Assembly: GCA_021792795.1 (NCBI GenBank)
Contig: JAJYUB010000005.1
Location: 28,673 to 92,672 of the forward strand
DNA length: 64,000 nucleotides
Direction: 5' to 3'
Origin: Acidobacteriota bacterium
GTDB taxonomy: Bacteria > Acidobacteriota > Terriglobia > Terriglobales > Acidobacteriaceae
Shown: piece by piece, positions 52,913 through 61,508 of the stretch
Layout: the number at the start of each line of letters is the position of its first letter
Numbering within the stretch: the stretch's first letter is position 1
The notes under the pieces: model-generated
Seen by the model: the letters and a program-made list of their open reading frames with translations, nothing else
The model's database searches: none
What the model was told of the DNA's origin: nothing
Position numbers and translations under genes: made by a program

Positions 52913-55420
52913 TTATTTTTGCATCTGCAAGACAAGTTGATACTGGGGGACAAGTTTTACAGCTTTAAGGTCGATGAGTTGGTCCTTGGCGCCAGGTGGG
53001 CGAACGCCAGAGTCTTCAATATGCATGGGGTAGCGAGTTGGAAGTGGAAGAATAGATAGCCGCAGCGCATCTCCCGGATGTCGATCGCCGATCTCCTTCA
53101 GGCCGAGCTGCCATACACGGCCGTTCCAGAAATTGTCGTCGAGAAGGCGGCGGCCGCTATAGAGCCGCGCCACATCCCCGCGATAATCTATCTGGAGCAA
53201 TATGTTGCTGAGTTCGTCGGGCCAGTGCGTCGGCACTTCAATCCGCCACAAGGCGGCCTGCCGAAAGTCAGTGCCGTCTGGGGCGAGTGGCACGGATTGC
53301 TTGCCCCATTTCACAGCGGGGCCATACTGCAATGGCTTTCTCTTCGAGACCTTTTGTATCTGCACTGGGACCGTATGGAAGGAGACTGGCGCGAGATGGG
53401 CCTGGTATTCGGTGAAGAGGCCGCTCTGCCGCCGTTGCAGCGGCACCTTTGCCTGGATTCTCCCCTGTTCCTTTCCGAAAATCGAGAAGGCGAAGTCGGG
53501 ATTTCTATCCGAGCGCAAATACAAACGGTCCCGGTCGGAGAAGAATTGGGCGCCGGTGAGCAATAAACGGTCCGATCCATCTATGTTCCACAAGTCCTCA
53601 GCTTGGGAGCGCGGCATCACAATCAAGCGAACACGATGCGCCGTTCCCTCCAGCGCGATCTGTTGTAGATGGGTCGTGTCGGTCACTTTATAGTAGGTCA
53701 CGCCATCGCGCGCCCGCGTGGAGATGCCCTTGCTTATGGACTGTGGCGGCTGTGTTGTATTCAGAGCGAATTCGGTCGCGATCCCTGGAATTTCGAAAAA
53801 GAAGTAATAGGAGTCGCCATCTTTCTTGAAGGACTTAAAGATCTGCGCGGTACTGTAGATGAGCTTGTACTCGCCGAGGTCTAGGTTGACAGGCCAAATG
53901 CCATAAGCGCCAGCAGGTATGTCGATGGGGCCGCTAGGGACATTCAAGGCTTCGCGGCGCAGTTTCAGGTGGACCTGAAAGCTTTTGCGGGCCGGCATGG
54001 TTGAATTTCGAACATAGTTGTTGAAGAAGATAAAGGCATGCTCGCCGTCACCCCGCGCGGAGACCCTGGGGACGGAAAAATCGGATGGACAGGATGGCCG
54101 CTCGTTGGGCGGGTAGACCTGCATGGGAGCCAGCAAGCTGCCGAAGTCCTGGAGAAAATAATCGACCAACTTAATTCGCTTGAAAGATTCGCGTTCTTCG
54201 CCGAACTCTCCAAGCGGCGCCTGAAAGTCATACGATTCAACCGGTACGTCGGTGGGATAGCCAGTGCGCTGAGATTCTTCAAGTGTGCTGAGAAGCCCGG
54301 TGGGATTGCGCCCACCATGAAACATATAGAAGCCGAGCAGATTGGCGCCGGAACCCAGCATCACAGGAGCTATGGCGGCAGCATCGTCAGGCTCGATTAC
54401 GGGACGCCGGAAATAGGTGTCTTCGATGCCCGCGCCAAGTTCCGCTGTCAAGAATGGGGTGCCACGATAGGCTTCTGCGGAATTCTGGCCGCGACCGCCG
54501 ATGGCCCCCATGTTCCCGGAGACACGATTTTCAAAGCGGAATGTATAGACCTCGCTGGGGGACGACTGGCCGGCAGTTCTGCTCCACGGAGCGGCGGGAT
54601 AGCCGCTAAAGACCGGCAGGACTGCATCGAGAGGCACGGCGGCCCCGTCCCAGCCGGTGACCGTGTAGAGTGGGACATCCATACCGTCGGCAATTGCGAG
54701 TTGCTTCAATTTTTCGAGGTGCGCAGCGCCGGTACCTGGCCCCGATTCCCGGTATTCATTTTCCAACTGGATCCCAATTACCGGGCCGCCGTCTTTCCAA
54801 AGAAGACCTTTGAGCTGCATGCCGATTTGCGAGTAGAACGTCTGAACTTCGGCGAGATATGTTGGATCGTTACGGCGTGTTGGGCCTCGCTCCACGACCC
54901 AGTCTGGAAGGCCACCGTTGCGGACTTCTCCGTGCGCCCAAGGTCCGATTCTCGGATAGACGTAGAGTCCATGCTTTGCGCACAGTTCGACGAAGCGGCG
55001 CAAATCGCGTTGGCCCCTCCAGTCGAACTGGCCTTCGATTTCTTCATGATGTATCCAGAAGACATAGGTAGAAACGATTTCGACCCCGGCGGCCTTCATT
55101 TTTAAAAGTTCCGGCTCCCACTCCCGCTGCGGATAGCGCGAGTAGTGGAATTCACCCATCACTGGGAGCCAGGGCTTGCCGTTCAATACCAAATATTGAG
55201 AATTTACGGTAAGCGTCTCGCCGTCGGGCCGCCGCGAGGCCCCCAGGGCTGCCTTTGCGGGCTGGGGTACGGCCACAGGCGCGCTGGCGTCGATCGAAAC
55301 GGAGGAAGCGTTCTGTCCGTACAAGGGGTTCAGCCAGAATGCCATGCTTGTCAAGAGCGGCAGGCATGCGGTGAAACGGAATCGGCGCAAACGAGAAGGA
55401 GGATACAAGGACCACCTCAT
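52913..55420 (-). CDS. Beta-galactosidase, glycoside hydrolase family 35
   Basis: GEFHYSRYPQREWEPELLKMKAAGVEIVSTYVFWIHHE, YVYPRIGPWAHGEVRNGGLPDW and IGIQLENEY (acid/base Glu) are present, with an N-terminal signal peptide. Confidence 0.85.
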   Translation of the reverse strand: MRWSLYPPSRLRRFRFTACLPLLTSMAFWLNPLYGQNASSVSIDASAPVAVPQPAKAALGASRRPDGETLTVNSQYLVLNGKPWLPVMGEFHYSRYPQREWEPELLKMKAAGVEIVSTYVFWIHHEEIEGQFDWRGQRDLRRFVELCAKHGLYVYPRIGPWAHGEVRNGGLPDWVVERGPTRRNDPTYLAEVQTFYSQIGMQLKGLLWKDGGPVIGIQLENEYRESGPGTGAAHLEKLKQLAIADGMDVPLYTVTGWDGAAVPLDAVLPVFSGYPAAPWSRTAGQSSPSEVYTFRFENRVSGNMGAIGGRGQNSAEAYRGTPFLTAELGAGIEDTYFRRPVIEPDDAAAIAPVMLGSGANLLGFYMFHGGRNPTGLLSTLEESQRTGYPTDVPVESYDFQAPLGEFGEERESFKRIKLVDYFLQDFGSLLAPMQVYPPNERPSCPSDFSVPRVSARGDGEHAFIFFNNYVRNSTMPARKSFQVHLKLRREALNVPSGPIDIPAGAYGIWPVNLDLGEYKLIYSTAQIFKSFKKDGDSYYFFFEIPGIATEFALNTTQPPQSISKGISTRARDGVTYYKVTDTTHLQQIALEGTAHRVRLIVMPRSQAEDLWNIDGSDRLLLTGAQFFSDRDRLYLRSDRNPDFAFSIFGKEQGRIQAKVPLQRRQSGLFTEYQAHLAPVSFHTVPVQIQKVSKRKPLQYGPAVKWGKQSVPLAPDGTDFRQAALWRIEVPTHWPDELSNILLQIDYRGDVARLYSGRRLLDDNFWNGRVWQLGLKEIGDRHPGDALRLSILPLPTRYPMHIEDSGVRPPGAKDQLIDLKAVKLVPQYQLVLQMQK

Positions 55421-55502
55421 GGACGATGGAAATATTTTGAGGTTCTAGTGGTGGTGAATAGATGGTCGGACGTTGCGCGGACCTCGACACCTTGCTCGAT
55501 AA

Positions 55503-56567
55503 CTAATGCCGTGCAAACGGGTCGAACACATCGATCGCGGGAAGGACATTGCCGTTGGCATCGAAGAAGCCGCGCGCTGCCAGTGGCCCGCTTACCGCAG
55601 GCTCCCACCAGAAGATGCCCTTGCCATGTCCATTGGGCGTGGCCATCACAACACGGTTCAATTCGTCGAGAAAGCCACGTTGCCCCTGCGGCGTTTCTGG
55701 AAACGGCCCAGGATGCTGAATATAGTTGCCGGGCTTCCAGTTATAGGCCGTTTCGACGACGTAAATGTCCTTGTCGTAGGTGCTGGCCATGAATTCCAGA
55801 TTGGCGCGCAGATCGTTGAGGCTGCCCTGCCACCACGGGTAATAGGACTGGCCGATAACATCGAAGCGGATTTTGTAACTCTCCAGCTTATCGAAGAAAT
55901 ACTTCGTTCCGGCAATATCCCCTCCGCGGTCGATATGCACCATAATGAGAGGACGCGCCAGATTTCCTCGGCCAGCATCCACGCCGTTGATGCCTGCCTG
56001 TAGAAGGCCGGCAAAGTTGTCCCAGTTCGCCGGCAATCTTCCATCGGGCCAAAGCATCCCGTGGGTTATTTCATTGCCGATCTGCACCATGTCCGGCAGA
56101 ACGCCCGCATTGCGGAAGGCCGCGATCGTGTCCCGCGTATACGTGAACACGGCATCGACAAGCTGCGCGTGGGTGAGGGCCTGCCATGCCAGGGGAGTCG
56201 GCTGCTGGTGGGGATCGGCCCAACTATCGGAGTAGTGAAAATCGAGCAGCACCTTAAAGCCCATGGCCTTGGCCCGCTTGGCGGCGGCGATGGTGTATTC
56301 CAGGTCATTTGGCAGCGTGGTCGGGGCGTGAAAGATGCGAAGACGGATCCAGTTATAGCTGTGATCGTGAAGGATTTCCAGCGCGGGCCGGACGACCCCG
56401 TTCTCCTTGAAGATCGTGCCCTGTTGCTCAGCCTGCGGCAAAAAGGAAATGTCCGCTCCGATGGCGTATTGCGACGATCCACCGACGGCCGCTTGTTGGC
56501 CGTGGGCCAACAAGCAAAAAAACAGCATGGGGATCGAAGCAATCCTGGGCAAGTTCGAGAGACGCAA
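55503..56567 (-). CDS. Arabinogalactan endo-beta-1,4-galactanase, glycoside hydrolase family 53
   Basis: GADISFLPQAEQQG, YNWIRLRIF, KVLLDFHYSDSWADP, MVQIGNEITHGMLWP and YVVETAY are present, with a signal peptide. Confidence 0.9.
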   Translation of the reverse strand: MRLSNLPRIASIPMLFFCLLAHGQQAAVGGSSQYAIGADISFLPQAEQQGTIFKENGVVRPALEILHDHSYNWIRLRIFHAPTTLPNDLEYTIAAAKRAKAMGFKVLLDFHYSDSWADPHQQPTPLAWQALTHAQLVDAVFTYTRDTIAAFRNAGVLPDMVQIGNEITHGMLWPDGRLPANWDNFAGLLQAGINGVDAGRGNLARPLIMVHIDRGGDIAGTKYFFDKLESYKIRFDVIGQSYYPWWQGSLNDLRANLEFMASTYDKDIYVVETAYNWKPGNYIQHPGPFPETPQGQRGFLDELNRVVMATPNGHGKGIFWWEPAVSGPLAARGFFDANGNVLPAIDVFDPFARH

Positions 56568-56750
56568 TGGTCACCTCATCGCAGTCGAGATTACCGACAG
56601 GGCGATTCAAAAAGCGCTCTGTCTGGCCATTCGTAACTATAGGCAGTAAGACATCGGCGCGAATCAGCCCAAAGTAGGAGTGGGGCCATCTTTTTGCCTT
56701 GAATCCGAAAGGTCGCCCCCTCAAAACCATGAAACCGGTGGAGGCGCCCC

Positions 56751-59700
56751 TTATTTCTTCAGCACGGCCTTTGCGGACGCAGTCGTCAGATGAAAGCGTC
56801 CCAGCCGGACCAGAACGGTCGTCCCTTTTCCCACAGTGCTCGTCAGTTCCATCTGTCCATGGAGGTATTCGATGCGCTCGCGCATTCCAGCCAGACCGTA
56901 GTGCTGGTTCTCGTCTTTCTCCGGGGTCAGAGGATCGAAGCCTGTCCCATCGTCGGCGATCGCGAGAGACATTTCATCGTGGCCGTAGACAAGAGTGACT
57001 ACCACGCAGCGGGGGTCCGCGTGCAGGGCTGCATTGTAGAGCGCCTCGCGCACCACCATCAGCAACTCCCGCGCGATCGACCCCTGGATTGGGAGCGCTC
57101 GTCCTGTGGTCACACAGTCTACCCGCACGCCAAATTCCTTGCGGATATGTTCGGCAATGACTGCAATGGAGTTGGCAAAGTCGTGGATGGGTTCGTCATC
57201 GTGGCGCAGGTTCCAGACGGCCTGGCGTGCTTCGTCGATTGTGGTCCGCACCTGGGTGCGCGCATAGTCCAACAGGCCGGCCTGTAGACCATGGTTTTCT
57301 TCCTGCAAGCTGGAGACTGCCTCCAGCAGCGCGGAGACGCTGGTGCAGCCCTGGATCACGGTGTCGTGCATCTCGCGCGCCAGACGGCTGCGCTCTTCCA
57401 GCACCACGTTGAAGCGCAAGCGTACCATGCGCATACGAGATCGATAGATGCCGGCCGCCAAAAGAGATAAGGCCACGAGACAAAGACTGAGGAACCACCA
57501 CGTGCGGTAATAATACGGGCGCTTTGCGATGTCCAAGGAGACCTGAGAGGTAAGCTCGGGATGGTTCACCTCAAAGGCGACGACCTGGAACCTGTAGTTT
57601 CCAGCGGGCAAATTGGTATAGGTTGCCTCGCGGTTTGTACGCGCATATGTCCAACCGGGGTCGAAATTCTCCAGGCGGTAGCGGAAGCGTATGCCTTCCT
57701 GCGGTCGAAGCATTAGGGGAGCAAAAGCGATCTCCAGGCGAGAAGCGTCCGCCGGAAGCGTAAGGGGTGGGCCGAACGGGACCTCGCGTCCGTCGGAAAC
57801 GGCGCTGGTGATCAAGAGCCGGGGCGCTGCATAGGTTGGCCGGTGCGTTGGCATTATGTGGACCGCGCCCTTGTTGCTGGGGAACCAGACCCCACCGTCG
57901 GACCCAAGACAGCCTGAGGGCTGGCGCCCGCCATACATCTGCGCGCCGTCCGCGCTGTAAGGCATTTCGTAGACCGTGACTCCGAGGAAAGGCGTTGGCT
58001 GGTAGGACCCGGCATTGATGCGAGAAAGGCGAAACGAGGAGATGGTGTTCGGCCCGCTCAACCATAGATTCCCCTGCCGGTCCTCCAATATCTGGTAAAT
58101 GTTGTTGCTGGCCAGTCCTTGCGCTGCGGTGTACTGTGTCAGTTTGCCCGAGCTGTAGCGAAACAAACCGTGGTCGCGCGTGCCAAACCAGATGTCGCCG
58201 TTGTGGTCCTGGAGGATTGACCACACTTTCTCCTTGCGCAAAGCTTCCGTAACCGCATCGCGCAGAAAGGAGCCGGCGCGCCAGTGGCTAAGGCCATGGT
58301 CCGTCCCGATCCAGATGCCGCCATCGCGGTCTTCCATCAATGCGCGCGTGCTGAAGTAGGCCAGGCCATCGCGAACATGCAAGTTCTGGACACCTTCCCC
58401 AGCAATGCGGCTCACCCCCTCATCGGTCGCAATCCACATGGTCCCATCCCGCGCTTGCAGAAAGGCGCGGACAAAATTGTTTACAAGAAGGCGTGGGGCG
58501 GAGTAATGGACGGCGCCCGCAGCCGTCAGATGGTATGCGCCGCTTCCATCGGTGCCGATCCACAACGTTCCAGAACGGTCCCGAAAAACATTGCGCACCG
58601 GAACGTCCGGCACTCCGGCGAATCTGTACGGGCGCGCTACGCCGTTCCGGATGGCGTAGACGCTGGAGGCCACCGTCCATATCGTTCCGTCGGGATCGTG
58701 AGAGATGGTCTCATAATCGGGATCGGAGCCGCCAGGAAGCGGCGTCACGCTGACGGGTGTCTTGCTCAGTCGCACCAGACCGTCCTGGGTCCCGATCCAA
58801 ACCTGCTGTTCGCTATCTTCAAAGATGCTCAGCACGGTTTTACTAGGTAACAGGTCTTTGCCGTTCATCCGAACAAAAACGCCGTTCTTATAAGTAAACA
58901 GTCCATGTCCGATGGTGCCGATCCAAAGCGTCCCGTCCGTCGTCTGTCTCAGCGTGCGCACGGTGCCGGCGATCTCCGCGATCGCGTGGAAGCGAGAATC
59001 CACCAACCGGTCCAAGCCGCCTACCGTACCTACCCACATGGTCCCATCGCTGGTTTGATAGATACTCTTGACGCGGTTCTGGCTAAAGGCCCCCGGCAGC
59101 TTATATTGCCGGATGCTTTCTGTACCGCCGCCCGCGGGATTAAAGACGAGTAGTTTGGAGCCGCCCACCCAGACGCGGCGTTCCCGGTCCTCGAAGATTG
59201 CGTGTACGGCCATGGGCGTGAATGGGGCCCGGTCCACCGCTTCAACCTTTCCTCGGACCACGCGAAACAGGCCGTTATCGGTGCCGACCCAGATGCGGCC
59301 CCAACTGTCTTCGGCGATGCTGCGCACAAACCCGTCTGTGATTCCCTGGGCAGCGGTATAGGAGTGGAAGGTCCCATTTTGGAAATGCAGGAGTCCTTCG
59401 CCTTCGGTGCCCAGCCACAGGCTGCCATCGTGGGCGATTAAGATGCAGAACGTGCTGTCATCGGTAAGCGCTTCGCGGTGCTGTGGCTGCAGGAAATGTA
59501 CGAAGTGGTTGCCATCGAAGCGTACCAGGCCGTCCGTGGTGCCGATCCAGAGATAACCGTCGCGGGATTGCTGGATGGCCTGCACGGTCTCTTCCGGCAG
59601 ACCATCCTGAATGTGCCAGGTGCGCCGCGTATACTGCGGCTGGAGCGTCGTTTGAGCGCAAGCGCCATGTTGCGCGAGCAACAGAAGAGTGGCCGCATGA

Positions 59701-59846
59701 CCTAGAAATGCTGCTCCTCGCAACCATCGGGCCTGTGAGCGCCGTGACGCCGTTTTTGGGGGAGTTGCGTGGAGTGCAGCCGGTAAGGCGAGGCGGGAAA
59801 GATGCATTTTGACACTACCGACCTTCAAGTGCATGAAGTGTACCAC
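56751..59846 (-). CDS. Sensor histidine kinase with periplasmic two-component-regulator propeller repeats, a Y_Y_Y domain, a TM helix, HisKA_3 and HATPase
   Basis: More than ten W[IV]GT..GL repeats are present. FRYRLENFDPGWTYARTNREATYTNLPAGNYRFQV is a Y_Y_Y domain, WWFLSLCLVALSLLAAGIY is a TM helix, and ERSRLAREMHDTVIQG is a HisKA_3 H-box, followed by a C-terminal ATPase. The start may instead be at 59807. Confidence 0.85.
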   Translation of the reverse strand: MVHFMHLKVGSVKMHLSRLALPAALHATPPKTASRRSQARWLRGAAFLGHAATLLLLAQHGACAQTTLQPQYTRRTWHIQDGLPEETVQAIQQSRDGYLWIGTTDGLVRFDGNHFVHFLQPQHREALTDDSTFCILIAHDGSLWLGTEGEGLLHFQNGTFHSYTAAQGITDGFVRSIAEDSWGRIWVGTDNGLFRVVRGKVEAVDRAPFTPMAVHAIFEDRERRVWVGGSKLLVFNPAGGGTESIRQYKLPGAFSQNRVKSIYQTSDGTMWVGTVGGLDRLVDSRFHAIAEIAGTVRTLRQTTDGTLWIGTIGHGLFTYKNGVFVRMNGKDLLPSKTVLSIFEDSEQQVWIGTQDGLVRLSKTPVSVTPLPGGSDPDYETISHDPDGTIWTVASSVYAIRNGVARPYRFAGVPDVPVRNVFRDRSGTLWIGTDGSGAYHLTAAGAVHYSAPRLLVNNFVRAFLQARDGTMWIATDEGVSRIAGEGVQNLHVRDGLAYFSTRALMEDRDGGIWIGTDHGLSHWRAGSFLRDAVTEALRKEKVWSILQDHNGDIWFGTRDHGLFRYSSGKLTQYTAAQGLASNNIYQILEDRQGNLWLSGPNTISSFRLSRINAGSYQPTPFLGVTVYEMPYSADGAQMYGGRQPSGCLGSDGGVWFPSNKGAVHIMPTHRPTYAAPRLLITSAVSDGREVPFGPPLTLPADASRLEIAFAPLMLRPQEGIRFRYRLENFDPGWTYARTNREATYTNLPAGNYRFQVVAFEVNHPELTSQVSLDIAKRPYYYRTWWFLSLCLVALSLLAAGIYRSRMRMVRLRFNVVLEERSRLAREMHDTVIQGCTSVSALLEAVSSLQEENHGLQAGLLDYARTQVRTTIDEARQAVWNLRHDDEPIHDFANSIAVIAEHIRKEFGVRVDCVTTGRALPIQGSIARELLMVVREALYNAALHADPRCVVVTLVYGHDEMSLAIADDGTGFDPLTPEKDENQHYGLAGMRERIEYLHGQMELTSTVGKGTTVLVRLGRFHLTTASAKAVLKK

Positions 59847-59964
59847 TCTACTGGATACCGCTTGTGGCTGCCGCTGGCATAGAAAACCCCAACCCGGAGC
59901 TTCTTGTTAGGCAGCGAAGGTCCTTGCGTCCAGTCCATCTTTCATCGGGTGGCAACTCCCTATC

Positions 59965-60372
59965 TTACGCTCGCGTGGCGATCGTCAGGCTGTCCGCGCG
60001 CAAGGTGGAAGATGAAGCCGATATCCTTATCTGGCCGGCCCGGGCGGTGGATTGAACGATCGCCAGGCACAACCCATTGAAAACCTTTCGACGATTTGTC
60101 TTGTAGCTCGCGTGACTCTGTGGATGTCCATTGTCCACGCCGATCAGCTTGCCTTCTCCTTGAATGTCGAATGTTATCTCGTTTTCCGCAATCGGCACCA
60201 TGCGCCCCTGCTCGTCCTGGATTTCGGCCACGATACGTGCAACATCGCGGCGGTCCGCAGCGATGTTTTTGCGGTCCGCCGATAGAACTATCCAGGACGG
60301 TCCTCCCGTTGTCGAGACTTCCACCGTATCGACGATATTTCCGTCTTTGGTCGCGACGGCCCGGAGCGCCAT
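59965..60372 (-). pseudogene. C-terminal fragment of a GH2-type beta-galactosidase (Ig-like/DUF4982-type end domain only)
   Basis: ALRAVATKDGNIVDTVEVSTTGGPSWIVLSADRKNIAADRRDVARIVAEIQDEQGRMVP...IGVDNGHPQSHASYKTNRRKVFNGLCLAIVQSTARAGQIRISASS matches the extreme C-terminus of GH2 beta-galactosidases as I recall it. No catalytic domain is found upstream in any frame. Confidence 0.55.
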
Positions 60373-60667
60373 TCCGCCAGTGAAGCACTACCGGATGCTG
60401 TGCTACAGTAACTGTCGCCCAGGCCGGGCACAAGATGAATATCAAACAGCCTTTCGACCGCAACAATACCGAATACACGCATAATTCGCTCCCTCTGCAT
60501 TTGCCCCGCCGTTGCTGTCGATCGGACACGCGCATATACATCCGAACACCGGCAGGCATAGACTGGATTCGGCCTACGATGCACAGATTCGATGGGCCGC
60601 AGCTCCAGGATCGCAATTTCAATGGGTCTGCCGACAACACGGGACCTCCGGCTGGGGACATAAGGCC

Positions 60668-61297
60668 ATGGAAGGCGTGAAAAAAGTCAAGGTGCTGGTC
60701 GTCGACGATCATCCGCTCATGCGCGTGGGCATCGCGGCCATTATCGATGCGCGTCCGGACATGACTGCGGTCGCACAGACAGGCAGCGGGGAGGAAGCTG
60801 TAAAGCTATTTGAGCAGCATCGTCCAGATATCACGCTAATGGATCTCCGTTTGCCCGGAATGAGCGGGGTGAATGCCATCCGCACAATTAGGAGCAGGCA
60901 TGCGCAAGCGCGCTTTGTCGTGCTCACCACCTATGAGGGAGATGAAGACATTTATCAGGCACTCGCAGCCGGGGCGCAAGGGTACATGATTAAAGGCATG
61001 CCGCACGAGGCCCTGATCGATGCTCTTCGCCGCGTCCATGCCGGCGGACGGTTTCTTCCGCCGCCGGTAAAACTCGCTCTGGCTTCGCGGACCCCTGACG
61101 CCGACCTGAGTTCCAGGGAGCGACAGGTACTGGCGCTCCTTGTCCGCGGTAAAAGCAATAACAAGATCGCCGTGGAACTGGGCATTACCGAAGCAACCGT
61201 CAAATGCCATGTCAGCGTGATCCTGCGGCGGCTGAACGTGAGCGACCGCACCCAGGCAGTCGTCGTCGCGCTGCAACGGGGCCTGCTGCACCTATAG
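60668..61297 (+). CDS. NarL/FixJ-family response regulator (REC plus LuxR-type HTH)
   Basis: The ATG at 60668 gives MEGVKKVKVLVVDDHPLMRVGIA...ITLMDLRLPGMSG...LSSRERQVLALLVRGKSNNKIAVELGITEATVKCHV. Confidence 0.9.
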   Translation: MEGVKKVKVLVVDDHPLMRVGIAAIIDARPDMTAVAQTGSGEEAVKLFEQHRPDITLMDLRLPGMSGVNAIRTIRSRHAQARFVVLTTYEGDEDIYQALAAGAQGYMIKGMPHEALIDALRRVHAGGRFLPPPVKLALASRTPDADLSSRERQVLALLVRGKSNNKIAVELGITEATVKCHVSVILRRLNVSDRTQAVVVALQRGLLHL

Positions 61298-61508
61298 TTA
61301 GTATCGCCAACAGTGTCGTTCCGGGGCCCTCGGCCCCTCACAACTCCAACCTGCAGAAAACCTTCCAACTCCGACTTTTGTCGGATTTCAATCTCATGAC
61401 GGCCGGCATATAGTTTCCGTGCAATATGAATGCGGCGGTCCATGCGCATGGAACGCCCGCAATCCAATCTACAGCTTCGGGGTGCTCCAGCAGAGAGGGA
61501 AATTCCCT

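Noticed and set aside
60373-60667. Additional frameshifted pieces of the GH2 gene upstream of the C-terminal fragment
   Set aside because: A segment such as VLHWRNGAPG superficially resembles GH2 sequence, but it overlaps the same nucleotides as the real ALRAVATKDG frame. Nothing else matched, so I treat the rest as deleted.
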